Of a stretch of DNA of 59,325 bases, positions 50,499 through 59,325 are shown piece by piece. Source of the DNA: Candidatus Micrarchaeota archaeon (GTDB taxonomy: Archaea; Micrarchaeota; Micrarchaeia; Norongarragalinales; Norongarragalinaceae); contig JACRGH010000052.1 in the NCBI GenBank assembly GCA_016212375.1, positions 1-59,325 of the forward strand, in the 5' to 3' direction. The number at the start of each line of letters is the position of its first letter. The first letter of the stretch is position 1. Under the pieces are notes generated by a model. It was not told the DNA's origin. It searched no databases and saw only the letters and a list, made by a program, of their open reading frames with translations. The position numbers and the translations under genes were made by a program.

Positions 50499-51575
50499 AT
50501 GTCGCTTTACAAGTTATCCGAACGCATCTTCGAACTGGAAAAACAAGGCAAAAGCATCGTCAAGTTGAACATCGGCGACCCCGGATTGCCGACCCCGCCG
50601 CTTTTGGTCCAAGCCGCGCAAAAAGCCATCTCCGAGGGAAAGACGCGCTATGCCTCCGGCCAAGGCGAAAAAAAACTTTTGGAATCCATTGCCGGATTGC
50701 ATGGTGCCGAAGTCAAGAACACCACCGTCACGCCCGGCTCGAAATGGGCCATCTACGGCCTGATGAAAATCCTGGTGCAACCGGGAGAGAACATCGTCAC
50801 ACCCGGGCCATTCTGGTCGGCATTTGAACTGATGGCCAAAAATCTGGGCGGAAGCTGCAAATTGGTGCCCACCACGGCAGAAAACCGGTGGAATTTCCAA
50901 CCCGATGCTTTATTCGAGCTAATTGACAAAAAAACCAAGCTCATAGTCCTGAACAGCCCGCTGAACCCGACGTCCACCGAATACAACCCCAAAGACCTCC
51001 AAGCAGTGTACGAATACGCCCAGGACCACAAAATCCAAGTATTGGTGGATGAGGCGTACCGCGACTTATCGTTCAAGTCCAACGGCTTGACCCCCTATGC
51101 CGAATGCATCAACGTGACCAACACGTTTTCCAAAGCGTATTGCATGTCCGGCTGGCGCGCCGGCTACCTAGTGGCCTCGGATGAGCTGACCAAGAAATTG
51201 GTGGAGCTGAACCAAATCACGTTTACGAACGTCCCGTTGTTCACCCAGGCGGCCATGCTCGCAGGACTTGAAAACCGCCAAACCATCACAAAAGCCACGC
51301 GTGAGGAGTGCCGCAAGCGCCTCCAGATGGCCCAAAAAGTCTTTGACGGCATCGAGTACGCCAAACCGGATGCCGGATTCTACATGTTCCTCCGTTGCCC
51401 CGGCCGGGACGGCAACAAAGTCGCCCAAAGCGCATTGGAAAAAGGCGTGGCCATTGTTCCGGGCCAAAACTTCGGCGGCTACGACGAATACGTCCGCATT
51501 TCGCTTTCTCATCCGGAAGCCGTTCTAAAGCCAGCGCTGGAAAAAGTGAGGCAGGCGTTGGACGAAACGGCTTAA
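50499..51575 (+). CDS. Class I PLP aminotransferase, probably aromatic
   Basis: LNIGDP; NSPLNPT; DEAY; TFSKAYCMSGWR; context between pheA and tyrA. Confidence 0.85.
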   Translation: MSLYKLSERIFELEKQGKSIVKLNIGDPGLPTPPLLVQAAQKAISEGKTRYASGQGEKKLLESIAGLHGAEVKNTTVTPGSKWAIYGLMKILVQPGENIVTPGPFWSAFELMAKNLGGSCKLVPTTAENRWNFQPDALFELIDKKTKLIVLNSPLNPTSTEYNPKDLQAVYEYAQDHKIQVLVDEAYRDLSFKSNGLTPYAECINVTNTFSKAYCMSGWRAGYLVASDELTKKLVELNQITFTNVPLFTQAAMLAGLENRQTITKATREECRKRLQMAQKVFDGIEYAKPDAGFYMFLRCPGRDGNKVAQSALEKGVAIVPGQNFGGYDEYVRISLSHPEAVLKPALEKVRQALDETA

Positions 51576-51686
51576 GCAAAAAAAGGCAAGGAAAAGCGAA
51601 AAAGGGAAACGGCCAAGAACGCCTGAGTTTTCAAAGAAGGACAACCTCCCGCGCTCCTTTTATTATCGGCGCATTTACACCTCATC

Positions 51687-52655
51687 ATGAATAAAAGCGC
51701 CGTTACCGCCGTCTTGATCTTTTTTATATCCATCCTACTCACCGGATGCATGACCCCGGACAAATTTCAAGAAAAAACATCGAAAGCACCGACAAAAATC
51801 TCGGGAACAATAAGTTGGGACACCAGCTGGTCCGGAAACATTTCAATCTCGGGCGATGTGACGGTTGAAGAATGGGCTACGTTGACGATACTGCCGGGAA
51901 CAACAGTCACGGTAAATGCGTTTAGCGACGACCAACACGGCGGAGACGACCACCCCCGCGACACGCCCTTTCCAAAAGACCCGGACCGGAAAGAAACATC
52001 GAGCACGACCATCACAATACGCGGCACCCTGAATGCCACGGGCACGCCTGACAAGCGCATTGTCTTCACATCAGACCAGAAAAAAACGACCTATGACTGG
52101 GATGGCTTGTACATCAACCATGGAAAATTGGATTATGCAGTGGTGGAGCATGCACGGTACAACAAAATCCAGGAAACATCGGACGTAACCATTTCCAACA
52201 GCATCATCCGAAACAGCCTGGAATGCTGCCTATGCATAGGGCACTACAAACCGGTCAGCCCACAAATACTGGACAACGACATCTACAATTGCGGGCATGA
52301 GGGGATTGACAACGGCGGCGGTTCGGCAACAATACGCGGAAACTATTTCCACGTGGAAAACCCCGAAATCCAGCCGGACCCATCGATTGGCAGAAACGGG
52401 ATTATCATATATCAAAATACCCACCCCATTGTCGAAAACAACCGGTTTGAAAAATTGAGCAGGGCGGTTTACTTCCTGGAGGATTCCAAGAATGCGCGGG
52501 AAGAAGGCAAGCAGGCCATGGTGCGGAACAATATAATAAGAAACAATGATGCGGCATTCGGCGTAAACCCCGGCTATTCAATGGAACTAGTTTTGCGGGA
52601 AAACAACACCTTGGCAAACAACACGGAAGACGAGGCCTTGGAAGGGCGGGACTGA
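51687..52655 (+). CDS. Lipoprotein with right-handed beta-helix repeats
   Basis: Lipobox LLTGC; ATLTILPGT; GTLNATGT...IVFTS; N-x-I-x-N repeats. Confidence 0.75.
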   Translation: MNKSAVTAVLIFFISILLTGCMTPDKFQEKTSKAPTKISGTISWDTSWSGNISISGDVTVEEWATLTILPGTTVTVNAFSDDQHGGDDHPRDTPFPKDPDRKETSSTTITIRGTLNATGTPDKRIVFTSDQKKTTYDWDGLYINHGKLDYAVVEHARYNKIQETSDVTISNSIIRNSLECCLCIGHYKPVSPQILDNDIYNCGHEGIDNGGGSATIRGNYFHVENPEIQPDPSIGRNGIIIYQNTHPIVENNRFEKLSRAVYFLEDSKNAREEGKQAMVRNNIIRNNDAAFGVNPGYSMELVLRENNTLANNTEDEALEGRD

Positions 52656-52755
52656 GGCGTAAAGCGGCGCCATTGAAGTTGGCGCAAAGAAGGGAACGGT
52701 ATGGAAAAAGCGCAACGGGCATGAAATGGAAAAACTGCGAAACGAGGAAGGTAAA

Positions 52756-53598
52756 ATGAAAACGGTCGGAATCATCGGTTTTGGGAATTTCGGCCAATTC
52801 GCCGCCTCTCACCTCAAAGAACATTTAGACGTCAGCGTCAGCGACGCCCACGACGTCTCCATCGCGGCCAAAAAAATCGGCGTCAAAGCCGTTTCCTTAG
52901 AGCAAGCCGCTTCCTGCGACATCGTCATCCTGGCCGTGCCGGTTCAACAGATGGAAACAATTTTGTCCCAAATCAAGCCCCACGTCAAGCCCGACGCGAT
53001 CGTCATCGACGTCGCCTCGGTCAAGCAAAGACCCGCCGCTTTAATGGAAGCAATTTTGCCCAAATCGGTCCAGCTCATTGGCACCCACCCTCTTTTCGGG
53101 CCCCAAAGCGGGAAGGATGGCCTCAAAGGGCTTCAAATCGCACTGTGTCCCATTCGTGCGGATGCCAACACCGTTGTCAAAACGCGTGCTTTTTTGAGCG
53201 AACTCGGCCTCGAAGTTATCGACATGACACCCAGCAAGCACGACCAATGGATGGCCCGGACGCAGGCGGTGGCGCACCTGGTTGGAAGGGCGGCTAAAGA
53301 GATGGACCTGCCGGCGGCACCTTTCAAACTGGCCACATACGACGCCTTGTTGGCATTACGGAATTTGGTCAAGGACGACTCGGATGCGTTGTTTGAAACC
53401 ATCCAGAACGAAAACCCGGATGCGGCGAGTCAGCGAGAGAAACTGGAGCGCAAGATGCTGGAAATCGAAAGCCGGCTTGCGGATTCAAAAGCCAAAAAAG
53501 AAGAAACCCGCGCGGTTCAAAGCAAAGAATCCAATCCAGCCAAAACGCAAAAAATCAAGCCACCATTGAGCAAACCCGTGAAGAAAAAGCAAGCTTAA
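52756..53598 (+). CDS. tyrA: Prephenate/arogenate dehydrogenase
   Basis: GIIGFGNFG; DVASVK; THPLFGP; HDQWMA..Q...H. Confidence 0.9.
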   Translation: MKTVGIIGFGNFGQFAASHLKEHLDVSVSDAHDVSIAAKKIGVKAVSLEQAASCDIVILAVPVQQMETILSQIKPHVKPDAIVIDVASVKQRPAALMEAILPKSVQLIGTHPLFGPQSGKDGLKGLQIALCPIRADANTVVKTRAFLSELGLEVIDMTPSKHDQWMARTQAVAHLVGRAAKEMDLPAAPFKLATYDALLALRNLVKDDSDALFETIQNENPDAASQREKLERKMLEIESRLADSKAKKEETRAVQSKESNPAKTQKIKPPLSKPVKKKQA

Positions 53599-53627
53599 AC
53601 AACCTTTGGCGCATTAGTGAATCCAAG

Positions 53628-54749
53628 ATGAACAAAGAAATCAACCCCTGGTCCAACCAGCTCGTAACCGACTACGATTACTTGTTCGAGCAATTCGGCT
53701 TGCAACGGATGAATCCGACATTGGTTGCCAAACTGGGCAAGCATCGCTTATACCGCCGGGGCATCGTGTTTGCGCACCGGGATTTGGACAAGTTCGTGGC
53801 GGCGGCGGAAGCCGGCAAGAAAACCGGCGTCATCACCGGCATCAAACCATCCAGCGAATTCCATTTGGGCTCGCGCATGACGGCCGAACAAATCATCCAC
53901 CTGCAACAACAGTTCGGCACCAAGGTTTTCTATGCCATTGCGGACATCGAAGCGTACGCGGACAATGGCTTAGGACTGGAAGACAGCCACAACTACGCCG
54001 TGGACAATGTGGCCGATTTGTTGGCCCTTGGACTTGACCCCGAAAAGACCTTCTTTTACAAACAGTCGCAAAACATGCACGTCGCGAATTTGGCGAACAT
54101 TTTCGCCCGGAAAACCACGCTGAACATGTTGGAAGCGCTTTACGGCCACCAAAATTTGTCACTTTACCTCGCGGTCTTGACGCAGGCCGGTGACATCATG
54201 GCCCCGCAACTGGAGGCCTTTGACGGGCCCAAGCACATGGTCGTACCGGTGGGCATCGACCAGGACCCGCACATCCGGTTCACCCGGGATTTGGCCGACA
54301 AGTTCAAGGACGAATTTGGATTCATCACCCCCGCCGCCACGTTCCACAAGTTTTTCCGCGCCTTAAACGGCGAGACGAAGATGTCCAAACGCGACCCATT
54401 GGGCGTCATGACACTCAACGACACTCCTGAATTGCTCAAGAAAAAGCTTGCCAATACCCTCACCGGCGGCAGGTCCACGGCGGAAGAACAACGCCGCCTG
54501 GGCGCGGAGCCGGAAAAATGCGTCGTGTTCGAATTGATGCAGTACCACTTCTACGAGGACGACAAAGACTTGAAGGAAATGGAAACGGATTGCCGTTCCG
54601 GAAAGTTGCTCTGTGGAGAATGCAAAGGCATACGCCTCAAACATATCCAAGAGATTTTTAAGAAGCACCAGGAGAAGAAGAAAAAGATGCTTCCAAAAGC
54701 CGAGAAAATACTCGAACAGCCGATTGGGTTCAAGAAAAAAACCAATTAA
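53628..54749 (+). CDS. trpS: Tryptophan--tRNA ligase (archaeal type)
   Basis: RRGIVFAHRD; TGIKPS..FHLG; PVGIDQDPH; KMSK; CGECK. Confidence 0.95.
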   Translation: MNKEINPWSNQLVTDYDYLFEQFGLQRMNPTLVAKLGKHRLYRRGIVFAHRDLDKFVAAAEAGKKTGVITGIKPSSEFHLGSRMTAEQIIHLQQQFGTKVFYAIADIEAYADNGLGLEDSHNYAVDNVADLLALGLDPEKTFFYKQSQNMHVANLANIFARKTTLNMLEALYGHQNLSLYLAVLTQAGDIMAPQLEAFDGPKHMVVPVGIDQDPHIRFTRDLADKFKDEFGFITPAATFHKFFRALNGETKMSKRDPLGVMTLNDTPELLKKKLANTLTGGRSTAEEQRRLGAEPEKCVVFELMQYHFYEDDKDLKEMETDCRSGKLLCGECKGIRLKHIQEIFKKHQEKKKKMLPKAEKILEQPIGFKKKTN

Positions 54750-54891
54750 TCCGGCGCAAAATCCCCATCCAAATCAATGCCAAGAAGCAGTTTTAAAAGC
54801 GCAACTGACGTCTTTTGTTCCGGGAGAAAAAAAGAAAAAAAAATTCAAGTTTTTCAAATCGATAAAGTGGGGAAGTGATTAACCGCCGTAC

Positions 54892-56019
54892 ATGCTGATT
54901 GATTTCAGACTTGCCAAAAAACTGGTCGCACAACATGACTCGCCCCTGATGGTCATCAGCAAGTCCCGCATCCGCCAGAACTACCAAACGCTTAAAAAAG
55001 CCATGCCGCGTGCGGAAATCCATTACGCCATGAAGGCCAATCCGCACAAGGGCATCCTGAATATCCTGCGCGAGGAAGGCTCGGATTTCGACGTCGCGTC
55101 TTACAATGAAATCAAGATGTTGTTGGATATCGAAGTCGATTCAACCAACATGATTTACGCCAACCCCGTAAAAGCCATTCCCGATTTGGTGCGCGCCTAC
55201 AACGTGGGCGTCGAGAAATTCGTCTTTGATAACGATGTGGAATTGCAGAAGATGGCACGGTATGCTCCGGAAAGCGACGTGTTACTCCGTTTGTACGCCA
55301 ACGGCGACAACGCGTATTACAAATTATCCACTAAATTCGGCGCCCAACCTAAAGACGCCATTCGCTTGCTCAAGAAGGCCAAACGCCTGGGCCTTGACCC
55401 GGTGGGCATCTGTTTCAACGTCGGCTGCCAAGTGACCCGCTCGGACGGCTATATCCAAGCGGTGCAGGCGGCCATGAAAATTTTCAAGGAAGCCAAGAAA
55501 AACGGCATCGAATTGACCACCTTAGACATCGGCGGCGGATTTCCCGTGCGCTACGGCAACAAAAAAACCGACATGGGCGGCGATTTTGACGCCAAAACCA
55601 TCATTTCCGAAGTCAACGCCGCCATCGAGGAGCACGTGCCCGAACACATCAAGATTATTGCGGAACCGGGACGCTTTATTATCGGCGACGCAGCCGTTTT
55701 GATTATGCGCGTCATCGGATTATCCAAACGAAAGGGCGTAATCTGGTACTATGTGGACGACGGGTACTACCACTCCTATAGTGACATCCATGCATCGGAT
55801 TGGAAGTTCGACTTCGTACCGCAGAGCAAGGGTCGCAAAATCCGCTCGGTTTTGGCCGGCCCCACGTGTGATTCGTTCGACGTAATCGCCAAGAACATCT
55901 GGCTGCCTGAATTGGAACTTGGCGAGCTCATCATGAGCCCCAACATGGGGGCGTACACGTCGGGCATGGCGTCCAATTTCAACGGTTTTCCGCCGGCCAA
56001 GACGGTTTTTGTCGATTAA
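54892..56019 (+). CDS. Fold-type III PLP ornithine/lysine decarboxylase
   Basis: YAMKANP; FDVAS; LDIGGGF; EPGR; GPTCDSFD; MGAYT. Confidence 0.9.
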   Translation: MLIDFRLAKKLVAQHDSPLMVISKSRIRQNYQTLKKAMPRAEIHYAMKANPHKGILNILREEGSDFDVASYNEIKMLLDIEVDSTNMIYANPVKAIPDLVRAYNVGVEKFVFDNDVELQKMARYAPESDVLLRLYANGDNAYYKLSTKFGAQPKDAIRLLKKAKRLGLDPVGICFNVGCQVTRSDGYIQAVQAAMKIFKEAKKNGIELTTLDIGGGFPVRYGNKKTDMGGDFDAKTIISEVNAAIEEHVPEHIKIIAEPGRFIIGDAAVLIMRVIGLSKRKGVIWYYVDDGYYHSYSDIHASDWKFDFVPQSKGRKIRSVLAGPTCDSFDVIAKNIWLPELELGELIMSPNMGAYTSGMASNFNGFPPAKTVFVD

Positions 56020-56071
56020 AAACAGTGGCAAAATCCCAAGACATATTAATTTCGAGATTACTGGTAAAAAT

Positions 56072-56710
56072 ATGATAATAATGAAACCAGCGGGATTCCG
56101 AGAGCCGGCTTTGCAGGACGCACACCCTATTGTTGACCAAGCAATACGTCAGGGAAATATAGAAACTCTGAAAAGAGACTGGCTAGCTCACCAACATCTT
56201 AAAGTAGAAACCTCCGAGGAGCCGATACATATTGAGCGCCATGTCATCAACATGTTAGAGCATCAAGCTAAACAAGGACAACAACTCGGCGAAATACCTC
56301 TTTTTTTCATGATGGTACCAAAAGACGACCATCAAATCGTTCGAGCAGTATGGCAAGGGAATGCTGGAGAGTATGGTAGTGTTAAATTTGGAGGCATGGA
56401 TCCACACTTCAGAAACGCCTTGGGGGCTACGCTATCTCACGGCGGAACAATGCCGTTGGGACATACTCATCCTCGCGGTTATGGCCCCATTTTCTCACAC
56501 GTCACATCAGAAGACGTTGGCGAAGATGGCAGAGAAAGTGCCGACTACAATGTTGCAATGACGTTTGAACCGTTTACCCATTCGCCCTACCATTTGATGG
56601 TCGCGATGAATCCTAGAAACGGTAAACCCACATTGGGAGTGCTGGAAGTAAAAAAAGGTCATAAAGTAGGCTATCATCCTTGGAAATGCATTAATCCAAA
56701 ATCCGAATAA
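56072..56710 (+). CDS. Hypothetical protein with JAB-like HTHP motif
   Basis: GE...GHTHP...FS...AD; visibly AT-richer than neighbours. Confidence 0.55.
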   Translation: MIIMKPAGFREPALQDAHPIVDQAIRQGNIETLKRDWLAHQHLKVETSEEPIHIERHVINMLEHQAKQGQQLGEIPLFFMMVPKDDHQIVRAVWQGNAGEYGSVKFGGMDPHFRNALGATLSHGGTMPLGHTHPRGYGPIFSHVTSEDVGEDGRESADYNVAMTFEPFTHSPYHLMVAMNPRNGKPTLGVLEVKKGHKVGYHPWKCINPKSE

Positions 56711-56736
56711 TAACATTGAAAAAGTGAATAACATAC

Positions 56737-57456
56737 ATGCCTGCAAAATTTCCAAAAAATACTTCTTCAAAATCATACGTCAACACCGTACCCAACGGTT
56801 TGCTTTCCATCCTACCCAAACTGTGGCCATTGGCATTCGTGCCCATCACCATCCTCGTGGTCCAACGGTTCGGACATGACGGCGCCAACCTCCTTCTTGG
56901 GGCATTGTTTCTATACCTTTTCATCCAAAAAGCCGACCTCCGCTTGCGCCGCTTGATGATTGTTCTGGCCGTGTTCTCAGGATTATTTGAGACGGCCAAC
57001 GTCGCATCGGGAGCGTACACCTATTTCGGCGCGCTTGCATCGCCGTTGTGGATTTCCTTAGGCTGGGCCATTTTGGGCTGGTGGTTCATGCAGTTGAAAC
57101 CGGCGTTGGAAAAAGTGCCATTCAACGCCGCATTTGCCGCCATTTCCATCGTCATTGCCGCCGCGTCATTTTCCAATCACACGTTGGGCCTCACCACCGC
57201 CATCTCAATTGCCGGACTGTACGCCTTGAGCCTATCGGTCAAACAGCCATTCGCCATGTTCGCGTTCAGTTCCTTATTCGCCATCATCGCCGAAGTGTCC
57301 GGAACATATGGTCGCATCTGGGGCTACTTTGATTTGAACCACGCACCCGTCCCGCCGGATTTGGCCATGCTAGCCTTAGTGTATTCAGTCGTTATGGCAT
57401 TTTCGATTTGGATATCCGGTTACGAAAATGCGGAGCGGGCTCAAAGCATCGGCTAG
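56737..57456 (+). CDS. Polytopic membrane protein with an internal repeat
   Basis: About 7 TM helices; E..NV.SG.Y.Y motif echoed by EVSGTYGRIWGY. Confidence 0.7.
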   Translation: MPAKFPKNTSSKSYVNTVPNGLLSILPKLWPLAFVPITILVVQRFGHDGANLLLGALFLYLFIQKADLRLRRLMIVLAVFSGLFETANVASGAYTYFGALASPLWISLGWAILGWWFMQLKPALEKVPFNAAFAAISIVIAAASFSNHTLGLTTAISIAGLYALSLSVKQPFAMFAFSSLFAIIAEVSGTYGRIWGYFDLNHAPVPPDLAMLALVYSVVMAFSIWISGYENAERAQSIG

Positions 57457-57505
57457 CAAAGAAAGCAAAAACAAAATCCAGTCCGCAAACGTAAATCGGC
57501 TTTTT

Positions 57506-58126
57506 TCACTCGATTGGTCTTGCAATAACCCGGCACGGTGCTCCATCGCCTTTGTTGATGTTCAAAGGCAGAGCAACTATGTCAACCCGCAAGCCGGCAA
57601 GCGGAGCCAAACCCACCAAGTTTTCCACAATCAGCACGTCATGGTTGAACAGCATCTTGTGCACTTCGTACGGCGGGTTGTCGGGCGTAAACGAATCCAA
57701 CCCAACGAGACGGACCCCGCGTTGGATCAAGGCGTGTGCCGTGGACTTCAAAACCACCGGATTGCCATCAAAATAGTCCGCCTCGTACGCGTTGTCAGAA
57801 TGTCCGGTGAGAAAAAAGACGAAATCACGGACTTGGATTTTTTGCAAGTCCGTTTCGGCCAACCGGATTTCCTTGTGGCCCCTCACGTCAAAGACCCAAC
57901 CTTGGCCCACGAATGCGTCCGCAGGGTAGTCGGACAATTTCTTGCCCGTTTTTAGCATGTGGAAAGGCGCGTCCATGTGCGTACCGAAATGCGAGCTGAA
58001 CGAAAGACGTTTGGTGTTCACACCAGTTTTGCCCACTTTACCCACCTGGGTGAATTCCGCACGGGAATCACCGGGAAAAACGGGGGTCCGAGCGTCCAAT
58101 TGCATTGACAAATCGAGCCAAACCAT
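57506..58126 (-). CDS. Cyclase family (KynB-like) metal hydrolase, second paralogue
   Basis: HFGTHMDAP; GLDSFTPD; VHKML; VENL; DGAPCRVIA. Confidence 0.9.
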   Translation of the reverse strand: MVWLDLSMQLDARTPVFPGDSRAEFTQVGKVGKTGVNTKRLSFSSHFGTHMDAPFHMLKTGKKLSDYPADAFVGQGWVFDVRGHKEIRLAETDLQKIQVRDFVFFLTGHSDNAYEADYFDGNPVVLKSTAHALIQRGVRLVGLDSFTPDNPPYEVHKMLFNHDVLIVENLVGLAPLAGLRVDIVALPLNINKGDGAPCRVIARPIE

Positions 58127-58207
58127 GAAATGAAATAGGTCGATATGGGACTATTAAGATGACGGCGGCATATTGGAATAGAAATGGTATAAAAAAAGGA
58201 AATTAGA

Positions 58208-58897
58208 ATGGAATTGAAATTCATCTACAATACACCGGCCGCCATCCTCGGCGACGCTTTGTTGTTGGCGGATTTGCACCTTGGCATCGAGTACGACCTC
58301 CAGCAAAACGGGTACAACATCCCCCTGCAATTCAAGGCAGTGGCCGACAAAGTCAACAGCCTGCTCAAACAGACCAAAGCCCGACAAATCATCTTTTTGG
58401 GCGACGTCAAGCACGACGTGTACGGGATGAAGGACCCGGAAGAGCGCATGCTCAACTCGTTTTTCGCACGTTTGAAGACCAAACGCATCACCGTGTGCAA
58501 AGGCAACCACGACTCTGCAATCGAGGGCGTCAAAGGGATTACGGTGGCACCAGCCGAAGGGATGCTCTTTGAGCAGACGCTTTTGTTCCATGGCCACGCC
58601 ACACCTGACCCGGCTTTTTTGGAAGACGCCACCACCATCGCCTGCGGCCATGAACACCCGTTGGCGCAAATCAAGGAAGGCAAGCATATGTGGACGGAAA
58701 AGGCCTGGATTTTGGGCCAACAAGACAAACAGAAATTCGTCATTTTCCCTCATTTTGGCGATTTGGTGGGTGGACGGCCCTTTGACCCGAAAAAGCATCT
58801 GGTACGGTTTTTGGAAGAAAAGGCGTGCAAGCAAGCGAGCGTGCATTTGTTGTCGGGATTGAAATTGGGCAAAGCCGGACGCTTGATGCCCAGGTAA
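58208..58897 (+). CDS. Calcineurin-like metallophosphoesterase
   Basis: ADLHLG; LGDVKH; GNHD; HGH; GHEHP. Confidence 0.9.
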   Translation: MELKFIYNTPAAILGDALLLADLHLGIEYDLQQNGYNIPLQFKAVADKVNSLLKQTKARQIIFLGDVKHDVYGMKDPEERMLNSFFARLKTKRITVCKGNHDSAIEGVKGITVAPAEGMLFEQTLLFHGHATPDPAFLEDATTIACGHEHPLAQIKEGKHMWTEKAWILGQQDKQKFVIFPHFGDLVGGRPFDPKKHLVRFLEEKACKQASVHLLSGLKLGKAGRLMPR

Positions 58898-58939
58898 ATA
58901 GGGAATAGGTTTATGGGTCTCCCCAACCTGTTCTAACCC

Positions 58940-59197
58940 ATGGTTTTACCCAAAGCCTACCGGCCGATGGTCTCCAAAGTCAATGCGGCCATCCAAGCGG
59001 CTGGATTGGAAAATATCAAGAACTTGCAAGACCTCAAAGAAACCCTGGCGCAACCTCCAACCACGATAAAAATCCGTTCTCAGGGTCTTGTTGCGTTAGG
59101 CGTCATGGCCAGAGCCACGGAAAGATACCTCGACTCTATTCCGTCAGAGACACTTCACAACCTGAACCGGGACATTGAAAAATTCGTAAGGGTTTAG
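58940..59197 (+). pseudogene. Hypothetical protein, probably truncated by the repeat element
   Basis: Last codons and the TAG lie inside the 142-bp repeat. Confidence 0.55.
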
Positions 59198-59325
59198 TTT
59201 TGTAGGTCGACCGAAAAGCGTAAGTTCTACTTTTTCGTACCTCTTTTGCTTGGGCGTCCCGACCAGGACGCCCCGCGCAAAAAAAGGCCCACCCGCCATG
59301 ACAGACGAAAAATACGTACGCGAGC
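59183..59325 (+). mobile_element. End of the repeated element (probable IS end) with ATG 59298 (MTDEKYVRE...)
   Basis: Inverted copy of 1..142. Confidence 0.7.

Noticed and set aside
505-58862. Many antisense and alternate-frame ORFs in the track (e.g. 17615..18538, 42306..42974)
   Set aside because: Shadows of well-supported genes in GC-rich DNA.
1-59325. Linear plasmid, virus or 59-kb transposon with terminal inverted repeats
   Set aside because: Content is core chromosomal (tRNAs, tyrS, trpS, PINA). The repeats cut genes and their ORF points outwards, as expected for contig breaks at IS copies.
1-59325. CRISPR array, cas genes, integron attC array, rRNA
   Set aside because: No regularly spaced repeats or matching motifs seen.

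Overview
Archaeal chromosomal contig. Evidence: BHB-intron tRNA-Ser, PINA, archaeal TyrRS/TrpRS, cupin PGI, TrpY. A DPANN/Micrarchaeota-like host is my inference and is untested. Both ends stop in the same 142-bp repeat end, in inverted orientation, and each copy truncates a gene. The left 20 kb holds housekeeping genes and ORFans. 19.7-28.5 kb is a minus-strand pilin/VirB6-like/VirB4(HerA)-ATPase operon. 28.7-32.3 kb has two apparently damaged vapBC modules around an aldolase-FBPase pair, then tRNA-Ser. 33.5-54.7 kb is a near-complete aromatic amino acid supercluster: trpY, trpEGDCBA, aroF, aroB, aroD, aroE, aroK-aroA fusion, aroC, pheA, aminotransferase, tyrA, trpS, with no trpF. Most novel signal: apparent translation-level sensing of aromatic amino acids. 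(1) trpE has no in-frame ATG and seems reachable by a prfB-like +1 frameshift site with a Trp codon in place of the stop (GAG GGT TTT CTT TGG C). (2) A 21-codon leader peptide with 7 Trp/Tyr/Phe codons and long stems precedes the aro genes. (3) TrpY has TRP-box-like sites. All calls are from manual reading; no database searches were run.
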